From Acidobacteriota bacterium (GTDB lineage: Bacteria > Acidobacteriota > UBA6911 > RPQK01 > JAJDTT01): a DNA stretch of 64,000 bases. Shown one piece after another: positions 23,217-32,604 of the stretch. Position 1 is the stretch's first letter. Each line of letters opens with the position of its first letter. Below the pieces are notes generated by a model, which was not told the origin of the DNA, made no database searches, and was given only the letters and a program-made list of their open reading frames with translations. Position numbers and translations under genes: made by a program. Location: contig OZ253580.1 of assembly GCA_965263035.1 (NCBI GenBank), forward strand, positions 2,176,001 to 2,240,000. The letters are read 5' to 3'.

Positions 23217-23659
23217 GGACTCGATGCGCCGAGACGCGCTCCGTGGACCGTAGCACCCGATTCACTTGCAGCAGCCGCCAGACGTGCGTCAAACACGACG
23301 AACGGAATATCGAGACCCAACTTTTCCTGAAGATGCAGAAAACTGCCGAGTTGGACGGCGTCGGCGGCCCGCAACGAGTACGCGTTCAGGAGTAACGCCG
23401 CACGCCGAGTCACCGCGGGCACCAGTTCGACGACCAGGAATGAATCCATGTCTTTCGCCAGTGTCGCGAGGGCCACGTCCCGCTCCTCAACGGAGCAGTC
23501 TCCCGTCCGCGTCCGCCGCGCCAGCGCCGACGCCACTTCCACTTCGGACAACCGGCTGATCGCTGCCGGTCCGGATGCCAGCAATCCTTCGACGACATTG
23601 CTCCCGGCCTCTCGCACGTACCGCTTGACCAAAGCACTGGAATCGAAGTACCGGATCAG
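23201..23659 (-). CDS. vapC: VapC-type PIN toxin (probable CTG start at 23659)
   Basis: IRYFDSSALVKRY, EVASAL, LRAADAVQL, FDARL; GGAGG 7 nt upstream of the CTG. Confidence 0.85.
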   Translation of the reverse strand: MIRYFDSSALVKRYVREAGSNVVEGLLASGPAAISRLSEVEVASALARRTRTGDCSVEERDVALATLAKDMDSFLVVELVPAVTRRAALLLNAYSLRAADAVQLGSFLHLQEKLGLDIPFVVFDARLAAAASESGATVHGARLGASSPQRIR

Positions 23660-23949
23660 AATCGATCCTCCCGATCCTCGCTGACGGCCTCAGAGAAGCG
23701 CCAGCCTCTTCCCACGATCGGCTTGGCGATCGGCGGCACCGGTTTCGCCTTGCCCGTCACCACGCCTTGCCTCCGCAAACGAGCCAGACGTGCGTCCACA
23801 GAGCGGCCGGCGAACTCGATCGGCATCACTTCCGCCACCGGCCGGCCCCGGTCGGTGATGGTCAAAATGCGCCCTTCGCGTACCCGCCGGAGATAAGTCC
23901 CCAATCGCGTCTTGAACTCCCGGGCCCCAACGACGAGTGGATCTCCCAT
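23656..23949 (-). CDS. Phd/YefM family antitoxin
   Basis: VGAREFKTRLGTYLRRVREG..ITDRGRPVAE, SEAVSEDRE. Confidence 0.9.
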   Translation of the reverse strand: MGDPLVVGAREFKTRLGTYLRRVREGRILTITDRGRPVAEVMPIEFAGRSVDARLARLRRQGVVTGKAKPVPPIAKPIVGRGWRFSEAVSEDREDRF

Positions 23950-23984
23950 GTAGTCATTGTGACTACAACTGCCAGAAAAAGCAA
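23949..23984 (-). promoter_or_regulatory. TA promoter with palindromic operator
   Basis: TTGCTT-N17-CACAAT-N6-ATG; perfect TGTAGTCA-N3-TGACTACA across the -10. Confidence 0.7.
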
Positions 23985-24157
23985 GAAGACGTCACCGCTC
24001 ACGCCTTGGGCCGGCTCCGCCTTTGCGCAACGACCTGTCGGTGCAGGAGCGGTGGCTTCTTGGCCGCTGAACTGGGAGTGGGGGTTGTCAACCTCCGATC
24101 TCCCGCTCCGGTTCTTCAATTTGGAACAGGTCCGAAGGATCTTTATGACTCATCTTC

Positions 24158-24292
24158 TGGCGGTGTGATTTGGTCCGAACTATAGTGGATCAATTGGGAG
24201 GCCATCGATTCCAATTGCCTGAATCCGGGCTACTGACGTTGCGATTCCGGTTGGAGGAGGAGGCCCGCCCCTATCGCTTCACCTTTCGGTAG
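24158..24292 (+). pseudogene. Deletion scar of the beta-propeller gene (promoter and last ~25 codons only)
   Basis: GTCCGAACTATAGTGGATC matches 14565-14583; TGCCTGAATC...CTTCACCTTTCGGTAG matches 17280-17356. Confidence 0.8.
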
Positions 24293-24325
24293 GAGTCTGT
24301 GCCGGCCATCTACGGAGGATTCCCA

Positions 24326-26137
24326 ATGCGCCGACTCGGCATTTTGTTCTTCCTGGCCATCTCTACACCGGTGCGCTCCGAAACCGGGATCACGCTGGAC
24401 GATCCCATGCCTCCGCCGGCGTGGGCGCTGGCGTAGCGAGCTCTACTGGAGGCCAACGCCGAGGAGGCCCAGCGGCTCGCAGACAGGTACATGGACAAAC
24501 GAGGCTGGCTGGCCATCACGCCCAACTGGGGCGGGATGGACGGGGCCGACGACGTCATGGAGAGGTTTCGGCACTGGCCGCTCCTCTACATCCTGGGGGG
24601 ATCCGAATCGGTCCTCACCACCTACAAGAAGATCTGGGAGGGGCACCTGCAGCAGTACACCGAGGCCCGGGAGCTGCTGGTGGAAGTGGCCCGGAAAGGG
24701 ATGTATTATTGGGAGTGCTGTCCTTCCTTCGACTGGGAGCACATCGGCGAAGGCATGGCGGGCTGGTACTGGTACGGGTTGGCGCGTCCCCGGGACCCCG
24801 GGTACCGGATCCGCGCGCGGCGGTTCAGCTCCTTCTACATGAACGAGGACCCGTCGGCTCCCAACTACGACCCGGAACACAAGATCATCCGCAGCCTCTT
24901 CAACGGCAGCCGGGGACCCCTTCTGGGGGTTCCCACCGAGGCCCACTGGGCCGGACCGCCCCGCCCCCGCCACGACCCGCGCCGCGGCCGGCCCAGAAGG
25001 ACTCTCCGGTTTTCCCGCCAGGGCTACATGGTCGACCTGAGCGGCGACCATCCGCTGAACCTGATGTCCACCCATCTGGCCATGACGGCCTATATGCTCA
25101 CCCACGAGGAGAAGTACCGGAGCTGGATCCTGGAGTACGTGGACGCCTGGAAAGAGAGGGCTCGGAAGAACGGCGGCAACATTCCCACCAATATCGGCCT
25201 GGACGGCAGCATCGGAGGCCAGTGGGACGGGAAGTGGTACGGGGGAGTCTACGGCTGGAACTTCCGTCCCCGCTTCGACGAGTTCACGCCCGGTCGCGAG
25301 GGACAGCCCAACCCGGGGAACAACATGTTCATCCGAGGATCGCGCATCGGCTTCGGCATCGCTCTGTTGTTGACGGGCAATCCCGAATACCCGGCCGTCC
25401 TTCGCCGCCAAATGGACAACCTGTACGCGGCCGGCAGGGAGGAAGGCAGACGTTTTCTCATTCCCCACAAGCACGGAGACGACGGTTGGTACGGATATAC
25501 CGAAAACGTCTATCTGGAAGAGCAGATCGACCTGTACCTCTGGTCGCTCGACGGATCTCTCGATCCGGTTCAACGCCAGCGGGTCTCGGCTCACCCCTGG
25601 ATCCGCTACCTGGAGGGACGCCACGACGGCTATCCTCTGGAGGCGCTGCAACAGGATTTCGCCGTTATCGGCCGACAAATGAAGCGGTTGAGGGAGGATG
25701 GCGCGACCCGGGACACCCGATCCTCCACCGGTTTCGCCCGATCGGTCGCCGTCACCTCGCTGCTCCACCTCATGCTCGGAGCCAACTACCCGGGCGGATC
25801 GGGGAATGCGCTCCATGCGCAGGTGCGGTATTTCGATCCGGATCGCCGGCGGCCCGGCCTGCCGCCCGGCGTCGCGGCGCTGGTGGAGAAGCTCGAGCCC
25901 GGATCGGTCACCTTGACGCTGGTCAACGTCAGCCCTGTTCACGCACGGGACGTGGTGGTCCAGACCGGCAGCTACGCCGAGCATCGTTGCGACTCCGTGG
26001 ATCAAGCGGGCGAGGTGACCCAGGTGGACGACTCCCATTTCCGTGTCCGGCTGGAGCCGGGAAGCGGCGGGCGCCTCGTTTTGTCGCTGGACCGCTACTC
26101 GAACACGCCTACCCTGGCGTTTCCCTGGGATCGCTGA
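24326..26137 (+). pseudogene. Copy 2 of the secreted hypothetical protein, with amber stop at codon 37
   Basis: TAG at 24434-24436 where the paralogue has CAG (17498); frame otherwise intact. Confidence 0.85.
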
Positions 26138-26243
26138 TCGCTTCTGCGACGGGAACGACTCTCAGGCGGAAGTTGCGGGCGATTGCCTTGTCGCCCCTTC
26201 TGCGATTGGCGGAGGGGGTGCGACGGAGGTCGGTGGTCCCGGA

Positions 26244-26293
26244 CGGCGGCAAGAAAGCCGCCGCTCCCGTGGCGGCAAGAAAGTCGTCGTTCC
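26244..26293 (-). repeat. Two tandem REP-like palindromes
   Basis: GGCGGCAAGAAAGCCGCCGCTCC and GGCGGCAAGAAAGTCGTCGTTCC; related copy at 24046-24069 (+). Confidence 0.65.
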
Positions 26294-26335
26294 CGGTCGG
26301 GGGCAAGAGAATCGGTGCGGTTACACGGCGGCGCT

Positions 26336-29266
26336 TCAGGGGCGAGGGTTGTCCTCTCCCATCAGTGACGCCAACAGCTCCATGGAGGAGACCGCTGCAC
26401 GATCCGTGAAGTGATCGATCTGGTGCCGGCAAGAGAAACCGGGCGCCACCACCGCGGTCCCGGAGGCAGCTTCCCGGAGAGCCGGAAAGAGGCGTAGCTC
26501 TCCCACCGCGCGGGAGACCTCGTAGTGCTTCCTCTCGTATCCGAACATCCCGGCCATGCCGCAGCAGCCGCTGTCCAGCGGAGTGACCTGCGCTCCCGGG
26601 ATCCGGGACAGGAGTTCGACGGCCGGTCCCATTCCCCCCAGGGCCTTCTGGTGGCAGTGGCCATGGAGCAGGATCTGCGGGGACTCCGGAAGTCCGTTTC
26701 CCAGCAGCCTGCCGACTTCCGCGTCCGGCAGAGCCTCCAGCGCCGGACCACACCACTCCTCGAAGGTTTGGGCCGCCCGGGCCACCGCTTGGGCCTGTTC
26801 CCGCATCGATTCCGGCACCAGGTGCGGATGGTCGTCGCGGACGGCCGAATAACAACTGGGCTCGCAGAAGACGATGGGAATCCCCCGCCGCGCCAGGGGG
26901 ATCAGGGTCCGGGTGGTGGATTCGGCCTGACGGACCGCCTGCCGCAGGAACCCCTTGGAGATGAGAGGCCGTCCGCAGCAGACCCGGGAGGGCACCACGA
27001 CCCGGGCCCCCAGGTGCCGGGCCACCCGCACCGCGGCCACTCCATGTTGCGGCTCGAAGTAGTTGGTGAAGGTGTCGGCGAAGACAGCCACCTCTCCCTC
27101 GCCTCCGGCGGCGCCTTCGCGGTGGCGGGCCCACCAATCGAGAAAGGTCCGGCCGGCGAAGTCGGGCAGCCGGCGGCGGCGGTCCAGACCCAAAATCTTC
27201 TCGTTCAGCCAGCGGCTCAGGCCCCTGGCCGAGAGCCAGTTGGAAACCGGCGCCAGACGGCTTCCCATGCGCGCCAGCAGTTCCATGCGGGAGGCGACTC
27301 GAGCGCCCAGGGGAGCGCCGTGACGGGCGTGGTAATGGTGCAGGAACTCGCTCTTGAGCCGGGCCATGTCCACGCTGGTGGGGCACTCGGTCTTGCAGGC
27401 CTTGCATTCCAGGCAGAGATCCAGAACCGGGTACAGATCCTTGTCCGCCAGGCCGTCGGGGCCGAGCTGACCCGAGATGGCCAGGCGCAGGGCGTTGGCC
27501 CGGCCGCGGGTGACGTCGATCTCGTCCCGGGTGGCCCGGTACGAGGGGCACATGGTGCCAGTGAGACTCTGGCGGCAGGCCCCCACCCCGCTGCACTGCT
27601 CGGCGGCCCTTGAGATCCCTCCGTAGTCGGAGAAGTCGAAGACGGTCTCCAACTCGCGGGTGACGTATCCCGTGCCGAACTTGAGATTCTCGGTGATGGG
27701 CAGCGCGTCGACGATCTTACCTGGATTGAAGACGCCGGCAGGGTCGAAGGCGGCCTTGAGCCGGCGGAAGGCCTGGTACAGGACCGGGCCGTACATCTTC
27801 TCCTGAAACGGGCTCCGGACCAGACCGTCCCCGTGCTCGGCCGAAAGGGCGCCGCCGTACTCCAGGACCAGGTCGGCGACCTCCCCGGCGATGCGGGCGA
27901 ACTTGTCCACGCCGTCCGCAGTCTTGAGATCCACCACGGGGCGGACATGAAGCAGACCGACCGAGGCATGGGCATAGAACCCGGCCCGGACTTGATGGCG
28001 CTCCAGCACCCCCATAAAGCGCCGGATGTATTCCTTGAGATGCTCCGGCGCCACAGCCGTATCCTCCACGAAGGAGTGGGCCTTGGCGTCGCCCCGCTGG
28101 GACATGGACAAGCCGAGCCCTGCTTTGCGCAACCGCCAGATGCGGGCCTGGGCGTCCGGCTCCAGCGCCCGGTGAAAGTGGCTGCCCATTTCCCGGTTCG
28201 CCAGATCCGCTTGCAAGCGGTCGACTCGTCCGGAGAGCTCCTCCAGGGTGTCCCCCGTAAGCTCCACCAACAGGACACCTCCGGGGTTTCCCACGATGAA
28301 GTCGCGCAACGGCTCATACTCGGTCTTGCCCTTGGTGGTATCCAGGATGAAGCGGTCCAGGAGCTCCACCGCCGACGGTCCGTGCTCCAGAAGGGGCGAC
28401 ACGGCGTCCAGGGCATCCAGGACCCCCGCGAACTGGACCGAGCAGAGCACCCGGCGCTTGGGGAGGGGGACCAAGCGCAGCTTGGCCGCCACGGCCAGGC
28501 CCAGAGTGCCCTCCGATCCCACCATGATTCGTGAGAGGTTGAAGGTGTCGGCCGAGGGGACGAAGTCGTCCAGGTTGTAGCCCCCGACCCGGCGCAGAAT
28601 CTTGGGATAGCGCCGGTCGATCTCCGCGGCGTGGCGGCGCGCCAGGTAGCGCACCATCCGGTAGCAATGACCCTCCAGGTTCCGGCTCCGGCAGCGGGAA
28701 TCCAGATCTTCCTTGGCCACGGGAGCAAAATGCGCCAGGCTCCCGTCCGAGAGCACCACGTCCAGCTCCAGAACGTAGTCGATGGTCTTGCCGTAGACCA
28801 CGGACCGGGTCCCCGCCGAGTTGTTGGCCATGGCGCCTCCCACCGTGGCCCGGTTCGAGGTGGAGAGGTCCAGAGGCAGCACCAGGCCGTGGGGTTTGAG
28901 GGCGAGATTCAGCTCGTCCAGGACGATCCCCGGCTCCACCACCACGGTTCGGCCCTCCACGTCCAGATCCAGGATCCGGTTCATGTACTTGGAGAAGTCC
29001 AGTTGGAGACCGCTGCCGATGGCCTGGCCGGCCTGGGAGGTCCCACCGCCCCGGGCGGTGATGGGCACGCCGTAGCGCCGGCAGGTGCGGACGCTCCGGA
29101 TCACGTCCTCCACGCACCGGGGGAGCACCACCCCCTGGGGCATGATCTGGTAGATGCTGGCGTCGGTGGAGTAGATGGCCCTGGAGATCCGGTCGAAGCG
29201 CACCTCCCCCTGGAGGGCGGAGCGGAGGGTCGATTCCAGGGTCTTGCTCAGCGATTTGGTCGCCAT
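26336..29266 (-). CDS. FAD-binding / 4Fe-4S / CCG-domain 2-hydroxyacid oxidoreductase (YdiJ/GlcD-GlcF fusion type)
   Basis: YSTDAS, RGGGTSQAGQ, GSEGTL, EHGDG, CSGVGAC, CLECKACKTECP, CCG motifs. Confidence 0.9.
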   Translation of the reverse strand: MATKSLSKTLESTLRSALQGEVRFDRISRAIYSTDASIYQIMPQGVVLPRCVEDVIRSVRTCRRYGVPITARGGGTSQAGQAIGSGLQLDFSKYMNRILDLDVEGRTVVVEPGIVLDELNLALKPHGLVLPLDLSTSNRATVGGAMANNSAGTRSVVYGKTIDYVLELDVVLSDGSLAHFAPVAKEDLDSRCRSRNLEGHCYRMVRYLARRHAAEIDRRYPKILRRVGGYNLDDFVPSADTFNLSRIMVGSEGTLGLAVAAKLRLVPLPKRRVLCSVQFAGVLDALDAVSPLLEHGPSAVELLDRFILDTTKGKTEYEPLRDFIVGNPGGVLLVELTGDTLEELSGRVDRLQADLANREMGSHFHRALEPDAQARIWRLRKAGLGLSMSQRGDAKAHSFVEDTAVAPEHLKEYIRRFMGVLERHQVRAGFYAHASVGLLHVRPVVDLKTADGVDKFARIAGEVADLVLEYGGALSAEHGDGLVRSPFQEKMYGPVLYQAFRRLKAAFDPAGVFNPGKIVDALPITENLKFGTGYVTRELETVFDFSDYGGISRAAEQCSGVGACRQSLTGTMCPSYRATRDEIDVTRGRANALRLAISGQLGPDGLADKDLYPVLDLCLECKACKTECPTSVDMARLKSEFLHHYHARHGAPLGARVASRMELLARMGSRLAPVSNWLSARGLSRWLNEKILGLDRRRRLPDFAGRTFLDWWARHREGAAGGEGEVAVFADTFTNYFEPQHGVAAVRVARHLGARVVVPSRVCCGRPLISKGFLRQAVRQAESTTRTLIPLARRGIPIVFCEPSCYSAVRDDHPHLVPESMREQAQAVARAAQTFEEWCGPALEALPDAEVGRLLGNGLPESPQILLHGHCHQKALGGMGPAVELLSRIPGAQVTPLDSGCCGMAGMFGYERKHYEVSRAVGELRLFPALREAASGTAVVAPGFSCRHQIDHFTDRAAVSSMELLASLMGEDNPRP

Positions 29267-29282
29267 GCCTAGCTGGCCGGGG

Positions 29283-29699
29283 TCACGGGAGAACCGCCAC
29301 GGCCTTGATCTCCACCAGGGCCTCGGACCCGCCCAGAGACTCGATGTTGATCAGGGTGTTGGCGGGATAGTCGGCATTGGGGTAGAGATCGACGAAGAGC
29401 TCGGACCGTGCCTTCAGGAAAGGGCGGACCGATTCGACTCCCACGAGGTAGGTGGTGAACTCCACCACGTCCTGAAAGGAGGCGCCCGCGCTCTTCAGAA
29501 CGAGGCCCAGATTGGCGAATACCTGCCGGGTCTGGGCCTCGGCGTCCCCCTTGCCGATGATCTCCCCTTTGGAATTCTGGGCCACCTGTCCGGCGATGAA
29601 CAGGAAATGACCTCCCCGGGCCCGAATGGCCTCGGAGTACTGTCCGGTCGGCGCCGGCAATCCCTCCGGCTCGACGACGGTTCTGCGAGATGACTGCAT
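29283..29699 (-). CDS. RidA/YjgF family protein
   Basis: YSEAI, FIAGQVA, QTRQVFANL, LVEIKAVA. Confidence 0.9.
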   Translation of the reverse strand: MQSSRRTVVEPEGLPAPTGQYSEAIRARGGHFLFIAGQVAQNSKGEIIGKGDAEAQTRQVFANLGLVLKSAGASFQDVVEFTTYLVGVESVRPFLKARSELFVDLYPNADYPANTLINIESLGGSEALVEIKAVAVLP

Positions 29700-29734
29700 T
29701 CAACCGGCCTCCTTGAAACCTCCGAACGCTCGCG

Positions 29735-31099
29735 TTAGAGAATCCCAATCCCCCACAGCAGGTAGACCACGGCGAAGGAGACGCCTCCGCCCACCAACGT
29801 GCCGCCGCCGTAGCCCCAGATGGCCTCTCGCACCGGTAGCCCGCTCAGCGACGTGCAGACCCAGAAATAGCTGCTGTTGACGTACTTGATGATCACGGAC
29901 CCGCAGGCCCCGGCCAACATGGCCGCTTCGGGCGACAGGGAGAGGTCATCCAGCATGGGCGCCACCAAAGAGGCCGCCGTGATGACTCCCACGGTGGTGG
30001 ACCCGGTGATCATGTTCCCCAGCACGCCGATGACGAAGGGCAGCAGAATGGCCGGCAGTCCCGACGCCGCAAAGGCCTCGGCCAGCACCCCCACCGCCGG
30101 CGTCGCCTTGAGGATGGCGCTCAGGGAGCCGCCCAGGCCGGTGACCACCAGGATCATGGCAGAGGCCCGGAGTCCGTCCTCGATCCAACCGGATCGGGCC
30201 GACTTCCGATCCTCGGGGCTCCGGATGTTCCACCAGGCCAGGACCAATCCGATGGACAGAGCCACCACGGGCCATCCCAGATACTCCAGAATCCGGCGCG
30301 CCGGATGACCCTCCTCCAGCAGGAAGCGGACCACACTCTGGGTCGATATCAACACCACCGGCACCGCTATGGGAGCGTAGGACCGCAAGGTTCCCGGACG
30401 GCCCGCGCTTTCCTCCTCCGACGCCGGATCTTCCGAGAACTCCTCGGACGGAAGCGTCCGGAGCCGGGGTCCCACCAAGTATTGTCCCCAAACCCACCCG
30501 GCCAGCGACCCGGCCAGGCAGGCGAGGCTGCCGTAGATGATGGTCCGGCCGATGTCGGCGCCCACCAGGGCCGCGGCCGCCAGCGGTCCCGGCGTGGGTG
30601 GGACCACGGCATGGGTCAGCTGGATCGCGGTCACCAGACCGATGGACATGACCCCCATGCCGACCCCCATGACCCGGGCCGCGGAGTGGACCAGAGGATT
30701 CAAGATGACATAGGCCACGTCCGAGAAGATGGCCACCCCCAGGACGAACCCGCTCAGGGTCAGGGCCAAGGGCATGCGGTGCGCCCCCGCCAGATTCACC
30801 ATGGACCGAGTGATGACCTGGATGGCCCCGGTGTGCTTGAGGAACTCGGCGATGACCGAGCCCAGAACGATGACCACGCCGATCTTCCCCAGGGTGTTGC
30901 CGAAGCCCTCCTGGAAGGCTTGAATGAAGACGGACCGCCGGACTCCAGGCATCAGGCCCAGCAAAAGGAGCGGGACCATGAGGGCCAGAAGGACGTGCCA
31001 CTTCCAGCGGGCCGCCAGGAACAGGAGCAGCACGACGACGCAGAAGAAACCGACCAGCGCCAGGACTGGATCGGAGATGGCCTGCCGGGAGGGATCCAT
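29735..31099 (-). CDS. GntP family permease
   Basis: GFGNTL, HAVVPPTPGPLAAA, GSTTVGVITAA, VNSSYFW; many TM helices. Confidence 0.88.
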   Translation of the reverse strand: MDPSRQAISDPVLALVGFFCVVVLLLFLAARWKWHVLLALMVPLLLLGLMPGVRRSVFIQAFQEGFGNTLGKIGVVIVLGSVIAEFLKHTGAIQVITRSMVNLAGAHRMPLALTLSGFVLGVAIFSDVAYVILNPLVHSAARVMGVGMGVMSIGLVTAIQLTHAVVPPTPGPLAAAALVGADIGRTIIYGSLACLAGSLAGWVWGQYLVGPRLRTLPSEEFSEDPASEEESAGRPGTLRSYAPIAVPVVLISTQSVVRFLLEEGHPARRILEYLGWPVVALSIGLVLAWWNIRSPEDRKSARSGWIEDGLRASAMILVVTGLGGSLSAILKATPAVGVLAEAFAASGLPAILLPFVIGVLGNMITGSTTVGVITAASLVAPMLDDLSLSPEAAMLAGACGSVIIKYVNSSYFWVCTSLSGLPVREAIWGYGGGTLVGGGVSFAVVYLLWGIGIL

Positions 31100-31111
31100 G
31101 GCTTTGTCCGC

Positions 31112-32293
31112 TTAAGAGGATCGGGCCAGATACTGCAGCGCCGCGCCGACGCCGCCCCGGAGATGGGGCACGCCGGCCAGTTCGAGACCCATCTCCACGC
31201 CGCAGAGAGTGCCCGCCAGCATCAGCTCGTTGAAGTCGCCCAGATGACCGATCCGGAAGACCCGCTTCCGCACCTTTCCCAGGCCCGTTCCGAGAGACAT
31301 GTCGAAACGCTCCAGAATCAGCTTCCGCAGCCGGTCTGCATCGTGACCGTCAGGAACCCGCACCGCCGTCAACGAATCCGAGTACTCCCGCGGGTCGAGA
31401 GCCTGCAGTTCCAGGCCCCAGCCCCGGACCGCCCTCCGGGTCGCCTCGGCCAGCCGGGCATGGCGGGCGAAGACGTTTTCCAGTCCCTCCTCCAGCAACA
31501 TGGACAGTGCCGCGTCCAGGCCGTAGAGAAGATTGGAGGCGGGTGTGTAGGGAAAGAACCCCTTGGCGTTGGCCTCCACCACCGGCTTCCAGTCCCAATA
31601 GGATCGGGGCAATCGGGCTTTCTCGGCAGCGGCCAGCGCCTTCTCGCTCAGGGCGTTCAGTCCCAGGCCCGGAGGAAGCATCAGTCCCTTCTGGGAGGCG
31701 GCGATGGTCACGTCGACGCCCCACTCGTCGTGGCGGTAGTCCAGGGAGCCCAGGGAAGAGATGGTGTCCACCAGGAGCAGAGCGGGATGTCCCGCCCGGT
31801 CCATGGCCTGGCGAATCGCCGCCACTTCGCTGGTGACGCCGGTGGAAGTCTCGTTGTGGACCACACCCACGGCCCGGATCCGGTGGGAGTCATCTCGGGA
31901 CAGTCGGGACTCGACCTCCTCGGCATCGACCCCCCTTCGCCAGTCGCCCGGCACCAGTTCCACCTCCAGCCCCAGGCGCCGGGCTATCTGGGACCAGAGC
32001 AACGCGAAATGTCCGGTCTCGAACATGAGGACGCGGTCCCCGCGAGAGAGCGTGTTCACCAGGGCCGCTTCCCAGGCGCCGGTCCCGGAGCAGGGATAGA
32101 CGATGACCGGACCCTGAGTCCGAAACACGTCCCGGAGACGGCGCAGGACCCTTAGAGTCAGCTGCGCCAGTTCCGGTCCCCGATGGTCGCCGGTGGCGCG
32201 GGACATGGCCCGCAGAACCCGGCCGGGAACGTTGGTGGGGCCTGGAATCTGGAGGAAATGGCGACCGGACCGGTACCCCTCGGAGTCAGGCAT
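31112..32293 (-). CDS. Class V aminotransferase (serine/alanine-glyoxylate type)
   Basis: GRHFLQIPGPT, VHNETSTG, DTISS, SQKG, FRIGHLG; ATG 32293 preferred as start. Confidence 0.92.
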   Translation of the reverse strand: MPDSEGYRSGRHFLQIPGPTNVPGRVLRAMSRATGDHRGPELAQLTLRVLRRLRDVFRTQGPVIVYPCSGTGAWEAALVNTLSRGDRVLMFETGHFALLWSQIARRLGLEVELVPGDWRRGVDAEEVESRLSRDDSHRIRAVGVVHNETSTGVTSEVAAIRQAMDRAGHPALLLVDTISSLGSLDYRHDEWGVDVTIAASQKGLMLPPGLGLNALSEKALAAAEKARLPRSYWDWKPVVEANAKGFFPYTPASNLLYGLDAALSMLLEEGLENVFARHARLAEATRRAVRGWGLELQALDPREYSDSLTAVRVPDGHDADRLRKLILERFDMSLGTGLGKVRKRVFRIGHLGDFNELMLAGTLCGVEMGLELAGVPHLRGGVGAALQYLARSS

Positions 32294-32335
32294 GGGGACC
32301 ACAGGATAGCAGCGCCGTGGGCGCGAATACAGGAA

Positions 32336-32521
32336 GGAGGGGCGATTTCCAGTCGCCCCTTCCATTCTCGGTCCATGGGTACTCTGGAGTGCGGTGGTTG
32401 GAAGTCGCTGCTTGTTCGGCGGTTGGAAACCGCCGTTCCTACGGGGCGGCTAGAAACCGCCGTTCCTGTTCGGCGGTTGGAAACCGGCGCTCCCTGCTTG
32501 GCGGTTGGAAACCGGCGCTCA
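32336..32521. repeat. BIME-like REP cluster: one + copy facing five tandem - copies (27-28 bp period)
   Basis: GGCGGTTGGAAACCGCCG(T/C)TCC-like units at about 32392, 32417, 32444, 32471, 32499; inverted unit at 32336-32359. Confidence 0.8.
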
Positions 32522-32604
32522 CTGTATAGTAATTGGGACACGGGCGATCGGCCCGTCTGCCTGGTCGAATGCGTGGACGACTTTTTCCGCGAGCGGGTAA
32601 TGCC

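Noticed and set aside
32392-32521. CRISPR array
   Set aside because: Units are separated by only 4-5 nt, there are no unique spacers and no cas genes; REP-like instead
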